Source: Alphaproteobacteria bacterium
GTDB lineage: Bacteria > Pseudomonadota > Alphaproteobacteria > UBA828
Direction: 5' to 3'
Length of the DNA: 64,000 bases
Assembly (NCBI GenBank): GCA_965214705.1
Contig: OZ243972.1
Span: 1,664,001-1,728,000, forward strand
Part shown: piece after piece, positions 1 to 10,265 of the stretch
Layout of the letters: each line of letters opens with the position of its first letter
Numbering within the stretch: the first letter of the stretch is position 1
Translations under genes and position numbers: made by a program
The notes under the pieces: model-generated
Seen by the model: the letters and a program-made list of their open reading frames with translations, nothing else
What the model was told of the DNA's origin: nothing
The model's database searches: none

Positions 1-353
1 GCGCGGCCCGCCGGCGCTGCCGCCGACCCACAGGGGGAAACCGTGAGACGCCCGCTCGCTTCGGCCCCGCGCAACGGCGCCAAAGCGCCGACGCACGACC
101 GAACCTGTCTCCGCTTGAGCCGGGCTGACAGCCCTCGGCTCACACCCCGCTCAGTCCTCGCAGCGTGCGCCCGCATGCCTGCCGAAAGACCGGCGCGAGC
201 GTCGATTTTATGCGCAACTCTGCTGCCGGTGGATGCCGCCTGACGCTGACATCAGCGCACTTTCCACATAGCTCAACTTCGCCTCTCGTGGCCCGCGGCT
301 TCGTTCAAAAGGGTTGGGCAGGCTCTCGAGAGAGAGCCTGCCCAACCCTTAAC
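1..353 (+). mobile_element. 3' (putative ori) end of an IS91-family integrase+transposase element, copy 1 (runs off window start)
   Basis: Bases 1-356 are the reverse complement of 24102-24457 except for the palindrome loop; includes the transposase stop at 44-46, the 15-bp GCGGCTTCGTTCAAA motif (295-309) and the terminal palindrome. Confidence 0.9.
309..350. repeat. Perfect palindrome, 19-bp arms with GAGA loop, at the IS91-like end
   Basis: AAGGGTTGGGCAGGCTCTC-GAGA-GAGAGCCTGCCCAACCCTT. Confidence 0.95.
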
Positions 354-538
354 CTTCTACGGCCCCGGCCACGCCGAGGCGGCCGGCGTTTTCGAGCGCT
401 CCGGCATCGTCGGCGCATTCGGTGCGAAGCGGCAGTAAGGGGCCGATGCAGGGACGCCGGAAGGGCAGGCGCGTCCGGTTCGGAGGATGGGCCTGTCCCT
501 CGGAAAAGACTCGGGGCGAACTCTCAGCCGGTGACATC

Positions 539-847
539 ATGCCCTTCCGTCACCGCGTGACCGAACGAAATCCCGTCCACGCCGTAACCGCTCGGGTCCC
601 GGGGGACGGAACACACGCGGTCGCTACCAAGGTGACGCAGTCCCGAGGGAACCCGACCGCCGGCGATTCCGTCTCGATTCCCGCCGACCTCGCGCCCCTG
701 ATCGAGCGAACATTCCGCTACACCTACATGCTCGCCACCAGGATGCGCGACGAAATGGTCGACAACGGACAGGCCGAGGAGCTCGACAAGCTGGTGAACG
801 AGGCGCGTGCGTCGCAGGCCGACCTCCGCGCGGCCGACACCGACTGA
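539..847 (+). CDS. Hypothetical protein (mobile-element associated; start uncertain)
   Basis: ORF 422..847; the C-terminal helical part (LIERTFRYTYMLATRMRDEM...) looks protein-like. Confidence 0.45.
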   Translation: MPFRHRVTERNPVHAVTARVPGDGTHAVATKVTQSRGNPTAGDSVSIPADLAPLIERTFRYTYMLATRMRDEMVDNGQAEELDKLVNEARASQADLRAADTD

Positions 848-930
848 GCCTGCCGACCGGAACCCGGTTCGCCGCCGCGTCCAAGCCGAACTCCCGCCCG
901 CTTACCGAACCTCCCGACGGAATCCAGGCC

Positions 931-1533
931 ATGCCCCCTCTCGTAGACCGTGAGCGCTTGCCGGAAGAGTGGCCCACGAACGCCGGTTCTCCCGCGTTCT
1001 GGGAAGAGCTCGGAAGAACGGTCGCCGCCTTCGGCCACCTCGAAGACATGCTGGCGCGGGCCTTCTTCGGCCTTACCGGGAGCCGCGAATTCGCTGACAT
1101 GGAAGAGGCGGAGGCGGCATATCCCCAATGGGAGAAAGCCCTCAAGGAGACGTTGACCGACACCCTTCACGCGCTCACCGCAAGACTCGAGAAGGCATTC
1201 AAGGACGACGACCGCGTGTCCGACGACATCGCCGAGCCAGTCGTCGCCCGCCTGAAGGCCCTCCGGGTCTGGCGCAATGCCCTGTGTCATGGGGCATGGC
1301 AGGGATTCGCGGCAGACGGAACCTCCTCGCTCCGCTACTTCAGAAAGTCCGCCGTCGGACCCGAGCTCCTGGAAAACAGTCTGACCATCGACGACAACTC
1401 TTCCATTCGCGCCGAGACTGCCGCCCTCACGCTCGACGTCGTGGACATCGTATCCGGCCCTGGCGTCCGCTTTCCGGGCACCGCGCTGCCCGGCATTGAC
1501 CTGGCCGAGTACATAAGAGAGTCGCGAGACTGA
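931..1533 (+). CDS. Hypothetical helical protein with HEPN-like RX4H motif
   Basis: 200-aa ORF; LGRTVAAFGHLE N-terminal helix and WRNALCHG (R-X4-H). Confidence 0.6.
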   Translation: MPPLVDRERLPEEWPTNAGSPAFWEELGRTVAAFGHLEDMLARAFFGLTGSREFADMEEAEAAYPQWEKALKETLTDTLHALTARLEKAFKDDDRVSDDIAEPVVARLKALRVWRNALCHGAWQGFAADGTSSLRYFRKSAVGPELLENSLTIDDNSSIRAETAALTLDVVDIVSGPGVRFPGTALPGIDLAEYIRESRD

Positions 1534-1681
1534 TCTCTACACTTCCGGCTGTCGATAAGTTCGCTGTCCCGACGAGATCGGGATACGCGTACGGCCGGCC
1601 CAAATGGCCACCGTCTATCGACAATACGGCCTTCGATTGAACGGAACGGCGAGCATCCACACGCCTTCAGCGCCTTCCCCA

Positions 1682-2596
1682 TCAATCCCGCTCGTCGGAC
1701 TCCGGGTCGCCTCGCACATCCATCACCAGCATCCGCGACAGGCGCAGTGCCCGAAGCCGTTCCGCGTCCCGACGCGCCATCTCCCTTCCGTTTTCCGTAT
1801 CCGGCTCCACCCGCGCCCGGTCTTCCTCGGTCGTCTCTCCGACGCCGATCCGATCGAACTGCCGGCCCGTGTCTCCGTTCAGATCATCGACCGTGGGCGC
1901 CTTCCATCCCGAACCGTCCGCCGGCTCTTCCAACCCCTCGATCACGACCGCATACGATCGCGGTTGCCTGATTCCCACAAACTCGATGAGATCACCCGCA
2001 TCCACTTCGAAGTACTCGAATTCTCCAAGCGTCAGAATGCCCGGCAAGAACAGATGGTGCCAGGGCTTGCACTTCTCCTCGATCTCGATGAGCCTTTTCG
2101 TATCCTGGGGCACATCCTCAGCACCGGCCAGCAAGCACCCGGTCTCGAGACTTCTGAAGCCTGGCAACGCCTTGTCCTGCTTCCAGAACTCCCGCTGACC
2201 CTCCGTACAGTAGATGCAGTAGACGGGTTTCATTCCGGCCGCGAGCGCGCCGGCTCTCAGCAGCTGGCGCTGCTGCTCGCCGGAAGACTTCACTTCGTGC
2301 TTGATTTTCAAGACCTCGTCGCGCTGAACCCGCTTCGCCTGCACCCGCATCTTGAGGGTCCGCCTTCGCCCGACGATGTGCCATTCCCAGTCGGCGCCGT
2401 TCCGGGACTCGGCGTGCTTGGAGAAGGTGTGAAGATGGACGTGCTCCGGATGCCGCCGCCTGATTTCCAGAAGATTGGTCTCCGTGATGGTCTCTTCGCC
2501 GTAGCTCACCCCGACGCCTTCCCCTTGCGAATACGCCAGGTTGCGCGATGTCGCGTCGCCCAATTCGACGAAGGTGGCGGCCATATCGAACTTCAA
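1682..2596 (-). CDS. PD-(D/E)XK-like nuclease (DUF6615-like)
   Basis: EETITE...ESRNGADWEWH...MRVQAKR (D...QAK motif); TTG start at 2596 with GGAGG RBS overlaps the upstream TGA. Confidence 0.65.
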   Translation of the reverse strand: MKFDMAATFVELGDATSRNLAYSQGEGVGVSYGEETITETNLLEIRRRHPEHVHLHTFSKHAESRNGADWEWHIVGRRRTLKMRVQAKRVQRDEVLKIKHEVKSSGEQQRQLLRAGALAAGMKPVYCIYCTEGQREFWKQDKALPGFRSLETGCLLAGAEDVPQDTKRLIEIEEKCKPWHHLFLPGILTLGEFEYFEVDAGDLIEFVGIRQPRSYAVVIEGLEEPADGSGWKAPTVDDLNGDTGRQFDRIGVGETTEEDRARVEPDTENGREMARRDAERLRALRLSRMLVMDVRGDPESDERD

Positions 2597-4074
2597 CGGG
2601 CGTCCTCCCTTCCACCGGTCTCTCTTTGCGACCGGGCAGCGGCACCGGGTTCGGCGCGCCTTGCGCTCGGGTTCCCGGCGTCCGCCGCCGCACCCCATTC
2701 ACCTGGCGGACCCTCGCGCAGCAGCTTGAACAGCGACTGCCGCGCAATGTCGAAGCCGTTGACGAACGCCGAATGAACTCTATCCGGGGTCAGCTTGTGC
2801 AACCGGTTGTGAATGATGTCCGATCGCACGCCATGGAGCTCCCGCACGTCGTCACGGATTCTGTTCTCGCTCACCGCATCCGTTCCCAGAAAGCGCGCCG
2901 CGCGGTTGCGCAACTTGCGTCCGATGTTGTTCTCATCCAGCACATACATCCGCTCCAGCGACATCGCCACATCCAGCAACCTGTCAGCGACCGCGAACCG
3001 CCCGCTCCGGGAAAGCGCCTCCGACAGGCGCGTGACGATCGGCGCCATCCTCTGGTAATGTGCACTCTTGCGGCCGCGGAAGGCCTCCTGCGCTACCGCC
3101 AGCGCCGCCGGATCTATCGCCGGGCACTCGTCGAATCCGCTGACGCCCTCCGCCGACCAGCTCCGATAGAAGCCCCGGCTTTGGGTCTCCCGGCCCAGGA
3201 GCCGTCCGGCCGAACCGTCGATGCGGTTGGACAATGTCGCGAGCGGTGCGACCCGCGTTGCGTGACTCACCGCCAGCAAGTCCAGGAACACTGCTGCCTC
3301 CTGGAAGAACGGCGGGGGCGGCGGCCCCAGCGAACCGTTCAATCTGCCCCTTCGGCGGAATTCAGGCCGCCACCGGAACGGCCGGGCCACCGCTCCCACC
3401 GCCCGCCAGCCGTGGAATCCCGCACCTGACGGAGCAAAATCCCCGACCAGGTCCTCATCCGCGAATCGCAGCACTTCTTTGTACGGCAGCAGTACAATGC
3501 CGTCCGCTACCTCGATCCTCTCGGACAGGGCGAGGCCATGGAACAGGAACATGTCGCAAGCCTCGTAGAGACTGCCGAGCGCCTCTGCCGCCGCCCCGTC
3601 TCCCGCAGGCGAAAGGAATGCGTTCAGCTCCCGCAAGGGCCTGCGAATGCGGTCATCCGGCAGCTCCGCGGCGCGCGCCATCAGCCCCGCAATCAAGGTC
3701 CCCGCGTAGATATCCCCGCCGGAACCGGGGATCTCCATCGAGAATCGGTTGTCGCCGATCAAGCGGCCCGTTACGGCCACCCGTTCGAGCACCGGGTGGG
3801 CCAGCAGCGCGTAACGCGCGAGATTGAGAGCCGCGCGCAAGGGCGCGTAGTACGCTTCCAGGCCCCAGCGCCTGGCGTTGCGAACCTCGTCGTAGAGCAG
3901 GCGAAGATCGTCCAGCGGGAAGGGCGGCGGTTTGCCGTCCCTCAGGTCGATCACGCTCGCATGCCGTTCCTGGTATTCGCGAAGATAGGGCTCCTGCACC
4001 TCCGCCAGCGGGGGGAGCAATCGCGCCAGGCGCTCGATCCAGTCCTCGACGTCGAATTCCCGATCGGCCGGCAT
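2593..4074 (-). CDS. ApeA/Apea-like HEPN domain protein
   Basis: C-terminal LLDVAMSLERMY...LRNRAARFL...VRSDIIHN (R-X4-H). Confidence 0.75.
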   Translation of the reverse strand: MPADREFDVEDWIERLARLLPPLAEVQEPYLREYQERHASVIDLRDGKPPPFPLDDLRLLYDEVRNARRWGLEAYYAPLRAALNLARYALLAHPVLERVAVTGRLIGDNRFSMEIPGSGGDIYAGTLIAGLMARAAELPDDRIRRPLRELNAFLSPAGDGAAAEALGSLYEACDMFLFHGLALSERIEVADGIVLLPYKEVLRFADEDLVGDFAPSGAGFHGWRAVGAVARPFRWRPEFRRRGRLNGSLGPPPPPFFQEAAVFLDLLAVSHATRVAPLATLSNRIDGSAGRLLGRETQSRGFYRSWSAEGVSGFDECPAIDPAALAVAQEAFRGRKSAHYQRMAPIVTRLSEALSRSGRFAVADRLLDVAMSLERMYVLDENNIGRKLRNRAARFLGTDAVSENRIRDDVRELHGVRSDIIHNRLHKLTPDRVHSAFVNGFDIARQSLFKLLREGPPGEWGAAADAGNPSARRAEPGAAARSQRETGGREDAR

Positions 4075-4147
4075 CGCCGCCCCCTTCCGCGCTCTCCCTG
4101 CGCACGCACGCACCTGCGCGCTGCGCCCGGACGCAGGGCATGCTTAA

Positions 4148-4226
4148 GGGTTTCGCATCGGTGACGCCATGGCCCGGCGCAACCCGGGCAACCTTCCGTG
4201 CAGCCTTTCGCAGCCGGGCTTCTCTC
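4148..4226. repeat. 79-bp dispersed repeat, copy A
   Basis: About 5 mismatches to 7888-7966, same orientation. Confidence 0.85.
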
Positions 4227-4589
4227 TCCCGATGCACTGTCAGCGCTTCGCGTGTCGCTTCCACGCGGGATCGAACGCACGCGTCCGAATTCCCGGCGCG
4301 GCGCGTCCTCGCACAAGAGCCATCCCCGCTCGTGGAATGCTTCGAGATTCACGCCGCCAGCGCAGGCCGGTTTATGGACGCGCCGACAATCCAGACTTAC
4401 ACCGTCGAGGACTATGTCGTGGGATGGAAGCTCGAAATGCCGAAGGCTGCATAGAAGAACGACACTCGCCATATACCTTGACGGCCTGATTGCCTCGCTC
4501 CGTCCGCTGGCCGAACGGTGTTGGCTGCGCGAACGCACCTCCTCGGCCGGGCGCTGCCGCCCCCACCGAGGGGATGGCGAATAGTACGC

Positions 4590-4890
4590 GCGCCCGCCTA
4601 AGCCGGCTCCCCGAAGAGGGCGATCCTATCAACGCAATTGGCTACCGCGTCGCCGACTTCTCCTGGGCCACGCTCAAGAGCCGGAGCCGTGAGCGCCGGG
4701 TCGTCGCCAAAGTCGAGTGGATGCCGGGCCGGGACGCCAACCCCCGCTTCGTCGTCGCCTTGCTCGTGCCCGGCCGGATCGGGCCACAGGACCTCTACAA
4801 GCAGCTCTACTGCGCCCGCGGAGACATGGAGAACCGCATCAAGGAGTGCCAGCTCGACCTCTTCGCAGACCGCACCTCGGCGGCCACCAA
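4590..4890 (+). pseudogene. IS1380-family transposase internal fragment
   Basis: RRVVAKVEW...NPRFVV...LYCARGDMENRIKECQLDLFADRTSA; both termini missing. Confidence 0.8.
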
Positions 4891-5058
4891 ACAACACAAC
4901 AACGGGCGCTCGTGAGAAGTTCGGCTTGGCATCGATCCCTTTGAGGGTCTGTTGGCGGATCGGTCCGGCGGCGCGCCTTCACGATCGAGGAGATCGATGA
5001 TGACCGGATAACCGGCCGGCGCCGCGAAGGACAGACTTATGTGCGCGCACTCTCGGTT

Positions 5059-6087
5059 TCATCGGAACGGCGGCGAGTAGAGGATGCCACCGTCTCGGTA
5101 AAGCGCATTCAGCCCGCGCGGCAGACCGATTGCCGTTTCCGGTCCAATGAATCGGTCGTAGATCTCGCCATAGTTCCCTTCTGCCGCAATCGCCCGAACG
5201 GCCCACCGGAAATCGAGGCCCAGCATGTCGCCGAGCGAACCTTCGGTGCCGAGCATCCGGTTGATCTCCGGATGATCCGTCCCCTCGGCCATCTCCATGA
5301 CACTAGCCTGGGTTACGCCGAGCTCTTCCGCCGTGATCAAAGCGTTCAGCACCCAGCGTGCGATATCCGCCCACTGGTCGTCACCCTGGCGCACCAGAGG
5401 TGCCAACGGTTCCTTCGAAATGATCTCGGGAAACAGCATGTGTGCATCCGGGTCGGCGAACGACGCCCGGGTTGCCGCCAGGCCGGACGCGTCGGTCGTG
5501 TAGATATCGCAACGGTCCGCTTCATAGGCAGCCCGAGCCTCGGCATTGGTTTCGATCGGCACCGGCTCGTACGACATGCGGTTGACGCGGAAGAAATCCG
5601 CGAGGTTGAGCTCGGTGGTGGTGCCGGTCTGGATGCAGATCGAGGCGCCGTCGAGTTCCCTGGCGCTGGAGATGCCGAGCGCCTTGCGCCCCAGAAATCC
5701 CTGACCGTCATAGTAATTGACGCCGACGAAGGTGAAGCCGAGGTCGGTATCGCGCGAGAAGGTCCAGGTGGTGTTCCGCGACAGAATATCGACCTCGCCC
5801 GAAGCCAGCGCCGGGAAGCGGTTCTTCCCAGTCAGGTTCGTGTAGGAAACCTTGTCAGCATCCCCCAGTACGGCGGCCGCCAGCGCCCTGCAATAGGCGA
5901 CGTCGAAGCCGGTCCAGTTGCCATCGTCGTCGGTGAAGGCGAAGCCCACAACGCCGTGGTTGATGCCACAAGAGAGTTCGTCCTTGGCCATCACGTCGTC
6001 GAGGGTCGCTGCCTCGCCCTGCACCGACCCTGCCGCTGCCAGCGCTGCGGCCGCCGCGATTGCACTCGCGATACTCTTCAATCTCAT
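5059..6087 (-). CDS. aapJ: General L-amino acid ABC transporter substrate-binding protein (AapJ/BztA), without permease genes
   Basis: Signal peptide; GFDVAYCRALAAAV, LSRNTTWT, ISKEPL, GNYGEIYDR motifs. Confidence 0.9.
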   Translation of the reverse strand: MRLKSIASAIAAAAALAAAGSVQGEAATLDDVMAKDELSCGINHGVVGFAFTDDDGNWTGFDVAYCRALAAAVLGDADKVSYTNLTGKNRFPALASGEVDILSRNTTWTFSRDTDLGFTFVGVNYYDGQGFLGRKALGISSARELDGASICIQTGTTTELNLADFFRVNRMSYEPVPIETNAEARAAYEADRCDIYTTDASGLAATRASFADPDAHMLFPEIISKEPLAPLVRQGDDQWADIARWVLNALITAEELGVTQASVMEMAEGTDHPEINRMLGTEGSLGDMLGLDFRWAVRAIAAEGNYGEIYDRFIGPETAIGLPRGLNALYRDGGILYSPPFR

Positions 6088-6338
6088 GGCTGTGCTCCTG
6101 AGCTGTCTGAATGTCGAACCGTTGCGTCTCCCCTGGTCTTGCGTGACGGCGCCCGTCGCTGCTCCATCTTTCGACCGGCTTGGAAGATTGACCCACGGTC
6201 CAAAATCCTGCCGCCGCTGACGCAGAGGAGACCATCGGCATCAACGTCCGGACGCGATCGTACGGCCTCGCGCAGCCGAAGACTCGGCAATCCGTGCTCT
6301 TGAGCCACTTGATTCTCCCCCGTCCGATTGGTCCATTC

Positions 6339-6713
6339 TTAGGTTGTGAAGCAAGGAGTAGCACGCGGCTGCGCGTGTGCCACCAACTCAAGAAGGAAGG
6401 CGCTGCGGACCTCGTTACATGCCATATGGGTAGCGGGCATGTTGTAGCCGAAAAGCCACATGCCAACGTTGAATTCATTGTTGTCCCAGTCGTAGCTTGC
6501 CCATGCTCACCCACTCTCGGCTCGAGAGCTAATGAATGCCTTTCTCGCCTCCTCTACTCTCATCTCCAATTAATCCATGCCCCTGTCCCACAGGGTGACG
6601 AGCGTAGTCATCAGCCATTGACCGATCGGCCCAGGGTCCGCGCGCACGTCGTCTGCGCTTGAGACCAGCAGCACCGAGGCTGCAGCGACGAACCACTTCC
6701 GAAGCGTCCTCAC
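6339..6713 (-). pseudogene. Secreted hypothetical protein with two in-frame stops
   Basis: GTG start with GGAGAG RBS; signal-peptide-like MRTLRKWFVAAASVLLVSSA; frame continues through TAA and TGA to WASYDWDNNEFNVG... Confidence 0.5.
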
Positions 6714-6755
6714 TGTCGACTCTCCATCCTATGATATCGGGCAAGTCGTCGTCTC

Positions 6756-7073
6756 TCAGTCCAGACAATCGACCAAGGTCGACAGCATGGCGATCGGCAG
6801 GTCGTAGAAATTCCCGAGCCCCTTGGTGTACACTCGGAAATTCCTGCTGCTGCTCGTGGCGTTGTAGGACACGTTGATTACGTCCGCTTTGCGGAAGCTC
6901 CATATCGCCGTCGAGGTGCCGGCGGTCACGAACTCATTGCCGCAGTCGAAAATCGCGTCCGGGCCTCTCAACGCCTCGGGTGTGAGCGGCACGATGGGCG
7001 GTTCGGCTGCCGCCTGCGCCGCAGTTGGAGCCGCCAGCATGATGGTTGTGAGCATGGCGTATAGTGCTCTCAT
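6756..7073 (-). CDS. Small secreted hypothetical protein
   Basis: AGGAG RBS, signal peptide MRALYAMLTTIMLAAPTAAQA. Confidence 0.65.
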   Translation of the reverse strand: MRALYAMLTTIMLAAPTAAQAAAEPPIVPLTPEALRGPDAIFDCGNEFVTAGTSTAIWSFRKADVINVSYNATSSSRNFRVYTKGLGNFYDLPIAMLSTLVDCLD

Positions 7074-7321
7074 CGCGTGCTCCTGATGAGAAAGAAGACC
7101 CGCGCGCCGAAGAAGCCAGGACTGCGCGCGGGTCCAAGTTCATCCCGTTTTTACACATGGGCTCTCGCACTCCATGCGTCGCGCTGCGGGACGGATGTTA
7201 AGGCCCACGTGCGATGCGCGACACACGTGGACCCTGAGGCACCTTGAGCCCGCACAGTAGGGCTCACGAGGACAGGGATCAGGTGCCTCAGCTGCAGCAC
7301 CACTTTCCCTTGCGGTTCCAT

Positions 7322-7594
7322 TCAGACAATCAGATTGGCTGCTACGGCCACGCCGACGATGATGCCGACCACGAGCGCTGCCAGTGTCATCAACACGCGG
7401 TGCTCTGAGCGCCGCAGTTCGTCCTTGGTGGCGTAGTCTGCCCGATTATTCGGCGGCCAGCGCTCCATCTCAATCAGCTTCTTCTCGATGTGCGGGTCGG
7501 GATCGCGGCCCTTGAGGATCTGCTCCTCGCGCCAGCACAGCCAGATGTGGTCCAGAAGGTGCAACCACGGGGGCGAAGGACGATCATCGGTCAT
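7322..7594 (-). CDS. Small C-terminally anchored protein (DUF1640-like ATKxEL + TM; start uncertain)
   Basis: DYATKDELRRSE followed by a hydrophobic C-terminal helix. Confidence 0.5.
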   Translation of the reverse strand: MTDDRPSPPWLHLLDHIWLCWREEQILKGRDPDPHIEKKLIEMERWPPNNRADYATKDELRRSEHRVLMTLAALVVGIIVGVAVAANLIV

Positions 7595-7887
7595 TGGGTG
7601 AAGTCGGCGGCGTCCGTCGTTCCCATCGCCCAGCCCCCAGCGAACCCGTTTCCTCTCTATTCGAGCGGTGTATCATATTCATAACGTAATCCATGGCAAG
7701 GAATTGGTGAAATAATCGACGCTTCGAGACAAAAAACTGTATCACACGGCCGAAGAATATCTCTTCAGCATCTCTTATCTTTGAGCTAAAGTATCTTTGT
7801 AGTAACCTTCTACCAGATCCTCAGGCGGCGCGGCGGCCGACAGGGAGGATCGAGCCTGGACGGAACGCGGCGAAGCGGCGCCGCGAT

Positions 7888-7966
7888 GGGTTTCGCATCC
7901 GCGGCGCCATGGCCCGGCGCAACCCGGGCATCCTTCCGTGCAGCCTGTCGCAGCCGGGCTTCTCTC
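7888..7966. repeat. 79-bp dispersed repeat, copy B, just downstream of the relaxase remnant
   Basis: Near-identical to 4148-4226. Confidence 0.85.
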
Positions 7967-7983
7967 CACGGCGGCCCGGTCCA

Positions 7984-8730
7984 TCACCGCCCCAGGTCGA
8001 GTTCCCGGCCCGAACTCCTTTGCCGCGAGAGCAGTTTCGGCTCCCTGGCAGGCGCCTTCGTGCGCTGACGATCCTTCCCCGCGCCGTCCGGGGCGCCGCG
8101 TTTCGGCCCCTTCTCGCGGCGCGGCACGGGCTCCGCCGCCTTGCCGGACGCCGCGCGTTTCATCTCGCCGATGGCTTCGAGCGCCGCGATGCGCTCGCCG
8201 GTGACGGCCTGGAGCTTCGTGCGAAGCTCGGCCGCGTCGTCGGTCACAGCTCCGCGCGGTCGCGCGCGCGGCTGATCTCGACGTAGAAACTCTTCTGCGT
8301 GGTGAGATGGGCATGCCGCGCCTCCATGGCGGCGATCACGTTGTCCACGGTGCGGCCCTGGAAGGCGTGGACGGTGAACGCCCAGGCATGGTCGAGATGG
8401 CGCAGCTGGGGATCGCCCTTGCCGAGTTCCAGCATCTTCCCGTCCTCCAGGCGGAACGCCACCCGCCCGTCTTTGATCGCAACCACCTCCGCCGCCCGGC
8501 TGTTGACCAGGCCGAGGTCGGCGTCGTTGCGGGTCCAGCGGATCCGGTCGCCGGCCCGGAGCACGATACCCTCGGCCCGGTAGACCTCGCTGCCGCCCCT
8601 GCGTCCGCCGATTTCGGTCGGCTTCCAGGCGACCCGACCGCCGTGGCGATCGTCGAGCAGCACCGCGCGGAACCTGTGGTCGACGCCGATCACCCGCCGC
8701 TTGTCGCCCTTCTCGACGCCGACCCTCTTG
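7984..8730 (-). pseudogene. MOBF (TrwC/TraI) relaxase-helicase C-terminal fragment, frameshifted
   Basis: HLDHAWAFTVHAFQGRTVD...FYVEISRARDRAEL, then a frameshift near 8245 before VTDD; ends in RELDLGR. Confidence 0.85.
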
Positions 8731-8849
8731 TAGGGACATCGGCAGCGCAGTCCAATTCCGGCCGCGCGGTGAGGAACAACTCTTCGACCGTTCGCGGGCC
8801 TGGGAGGGGCTCGGTGTCTACCGGTCGAGAAGGTCGCGCAGCACCCGGG

Positions 8850-9478
8850 CCCGCGTGGGATGCTTGAGCCTCCGCAGCCTTGCCTTCGATCTAGCGGATA
8901 CGCTCCCGCGTCATCGAGAACTGCTCGCCCACTTCCTCGAGTGTGTAGTCACGCTTCGTGCCGATGCCGAAGCGCATGCGCAGCACCCGTTCCTCCCTCG
9001 CTGTCAGGTTGCCCAGCGTGCGGGTGATCGTCTCGCGCAGGTCGGCACCCATCGCCGCGTCCACAGGCTGCTCCGCTGCTTTATCCTCAATCAGATCGCC
9101 CAGACGCAGGTCCCCGTCGATTCCGAGCGGTGTCTCGAGACTCTTCGGCTTTGCGGCCGCCGCAGCCTTCAGTGCCTGGTGCACCGTGTCGAGCGACATG
9201 CCGGTACGTTTGGCGAGCTCCTCCGGTGTTGGGGCACGCCGGAGCTCGCGGCGCAAGAGCCAGGACGCACGCCTCAGCTTCGTGACAGTTTCCACCATGT
9301 GAACCGGAACTCGGACCGTGCTTGCGGTGTCCGCGATCGACTGCCGGATCCACCAGCTGGCGTAGGTCCAGAATTTGAAGCCCTTACGGTAGTCGAACTT
9401 GCCCACCGCCCTCATCAGGCCGGTGTCGCCTTCCTGAATCAGGTCCGGCAGCGCCAGCTCCCGGTTCTGGTTGAGGTA
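8850..9478 (-). pseudogene. RpoD-like sigma-70 fragment (regions 2-4)
   Basis: [33 protein letters not shown]...[17 protein letters not shown], then TAG where QIE is expected; N-terminus absent. Confidence 0.85.
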
Positions 9479-9670
9479 CTACCTGCGAGACGACGGCACC
9501 AACGTCCAGAAGGACCAAAGCGGGAGGTCTGCTGGTGGCCCGCCGTCGCATCCGCTAGTCATGACGCGTCCTATTCGTAGGCTCGACTGCTGAGTAACCG
9601 TTCGTCGCTTCTTCAAAACCACGCCAGCCAATCCAACACCGGATAGCCGAAGGCTTTCCGGTTCCTGCGG

Positions 9671-10261
9671 CTATTGCCAGCCCTCCACACCCGCCATGTC
9701 CGGAAGGCGATGGGCGATTCCCTTGTGGCAGTCGACGCAGGTCTTCTCGCCCGTGAGCAGGAAGGTCTCGTGCGCCTCGGCGGCCCGCGCGCTCTGGAGG
9801 CTGATGTCCATGGACTCCGACGAGTGGCAGTTGCGGCATTCCAGGGAGTTGTTCGCCTTAAGGCGAGACCACTCGCGGGTGGCCATGGCCAACCTGTGCG
9901 CCTCGAATTCCTCGGGCGTGTCGATGACTCCGAAGATCGTGCCCCAGAGCTCCTTGGTCGCCTGGACCTTGCGGGCGACCTTGTCCGTCCACGCGTGGGG
10001 AACGTGACAGTCCGGGCATGACGCGCGCACGCCGGATGCGTTGGCGTAATGAACGGTCGTCTGAAGCTCGGCGTAGACATTGTCGCGCATCTCGTGGCAC
10101 GAGATGCAGAAGCCCTCGGTATTGGTAAGCTCCAGCGCGGTGTTGAATCCGCCCCAGAAGACGATCCCGGCAACGAACCCGCCGAGCGACAGAAGCCCTA
10201 GGCTGAAATACTTGCTGGGGCGCCGGATGGTCCTCCAATAGGCCCGGAGCGGCTTGAACAT
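9671..10261 (-). CDS. napC: NapC/NirT tetraheme cytochrome c
   Basis: Four CxxCH motifs, [11 protein letters not shown]-terminal TM. Confidence 0.95.
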   Translation of the reverse strand: MFKPLRAYWRTIRRPSKYFSLGLLSLGGFVAGIVFWGGFNTALELTNTEGFCISCHEMRDNVYAELQTTVHYANASGVRASCPDCHVPHAWTDKVARKVQATKELWGTIFGVIDTPEEFEAHRLAMATREWSRLKANNSLECRNCHSSESMDISLQSARAAEAHETFLLTGEKTCVDCHKGIAHRLPDMAGVEGWQ

Positions 10262-10265
10262 CCCG

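Noticed and set aside
309-350. Palindrome as a simple rho-independent terminator
   Set aside because: It is part of the duplicated element end with a 19-bp perfect stem; a terminator side-role is possible but does not explain the loop inversion
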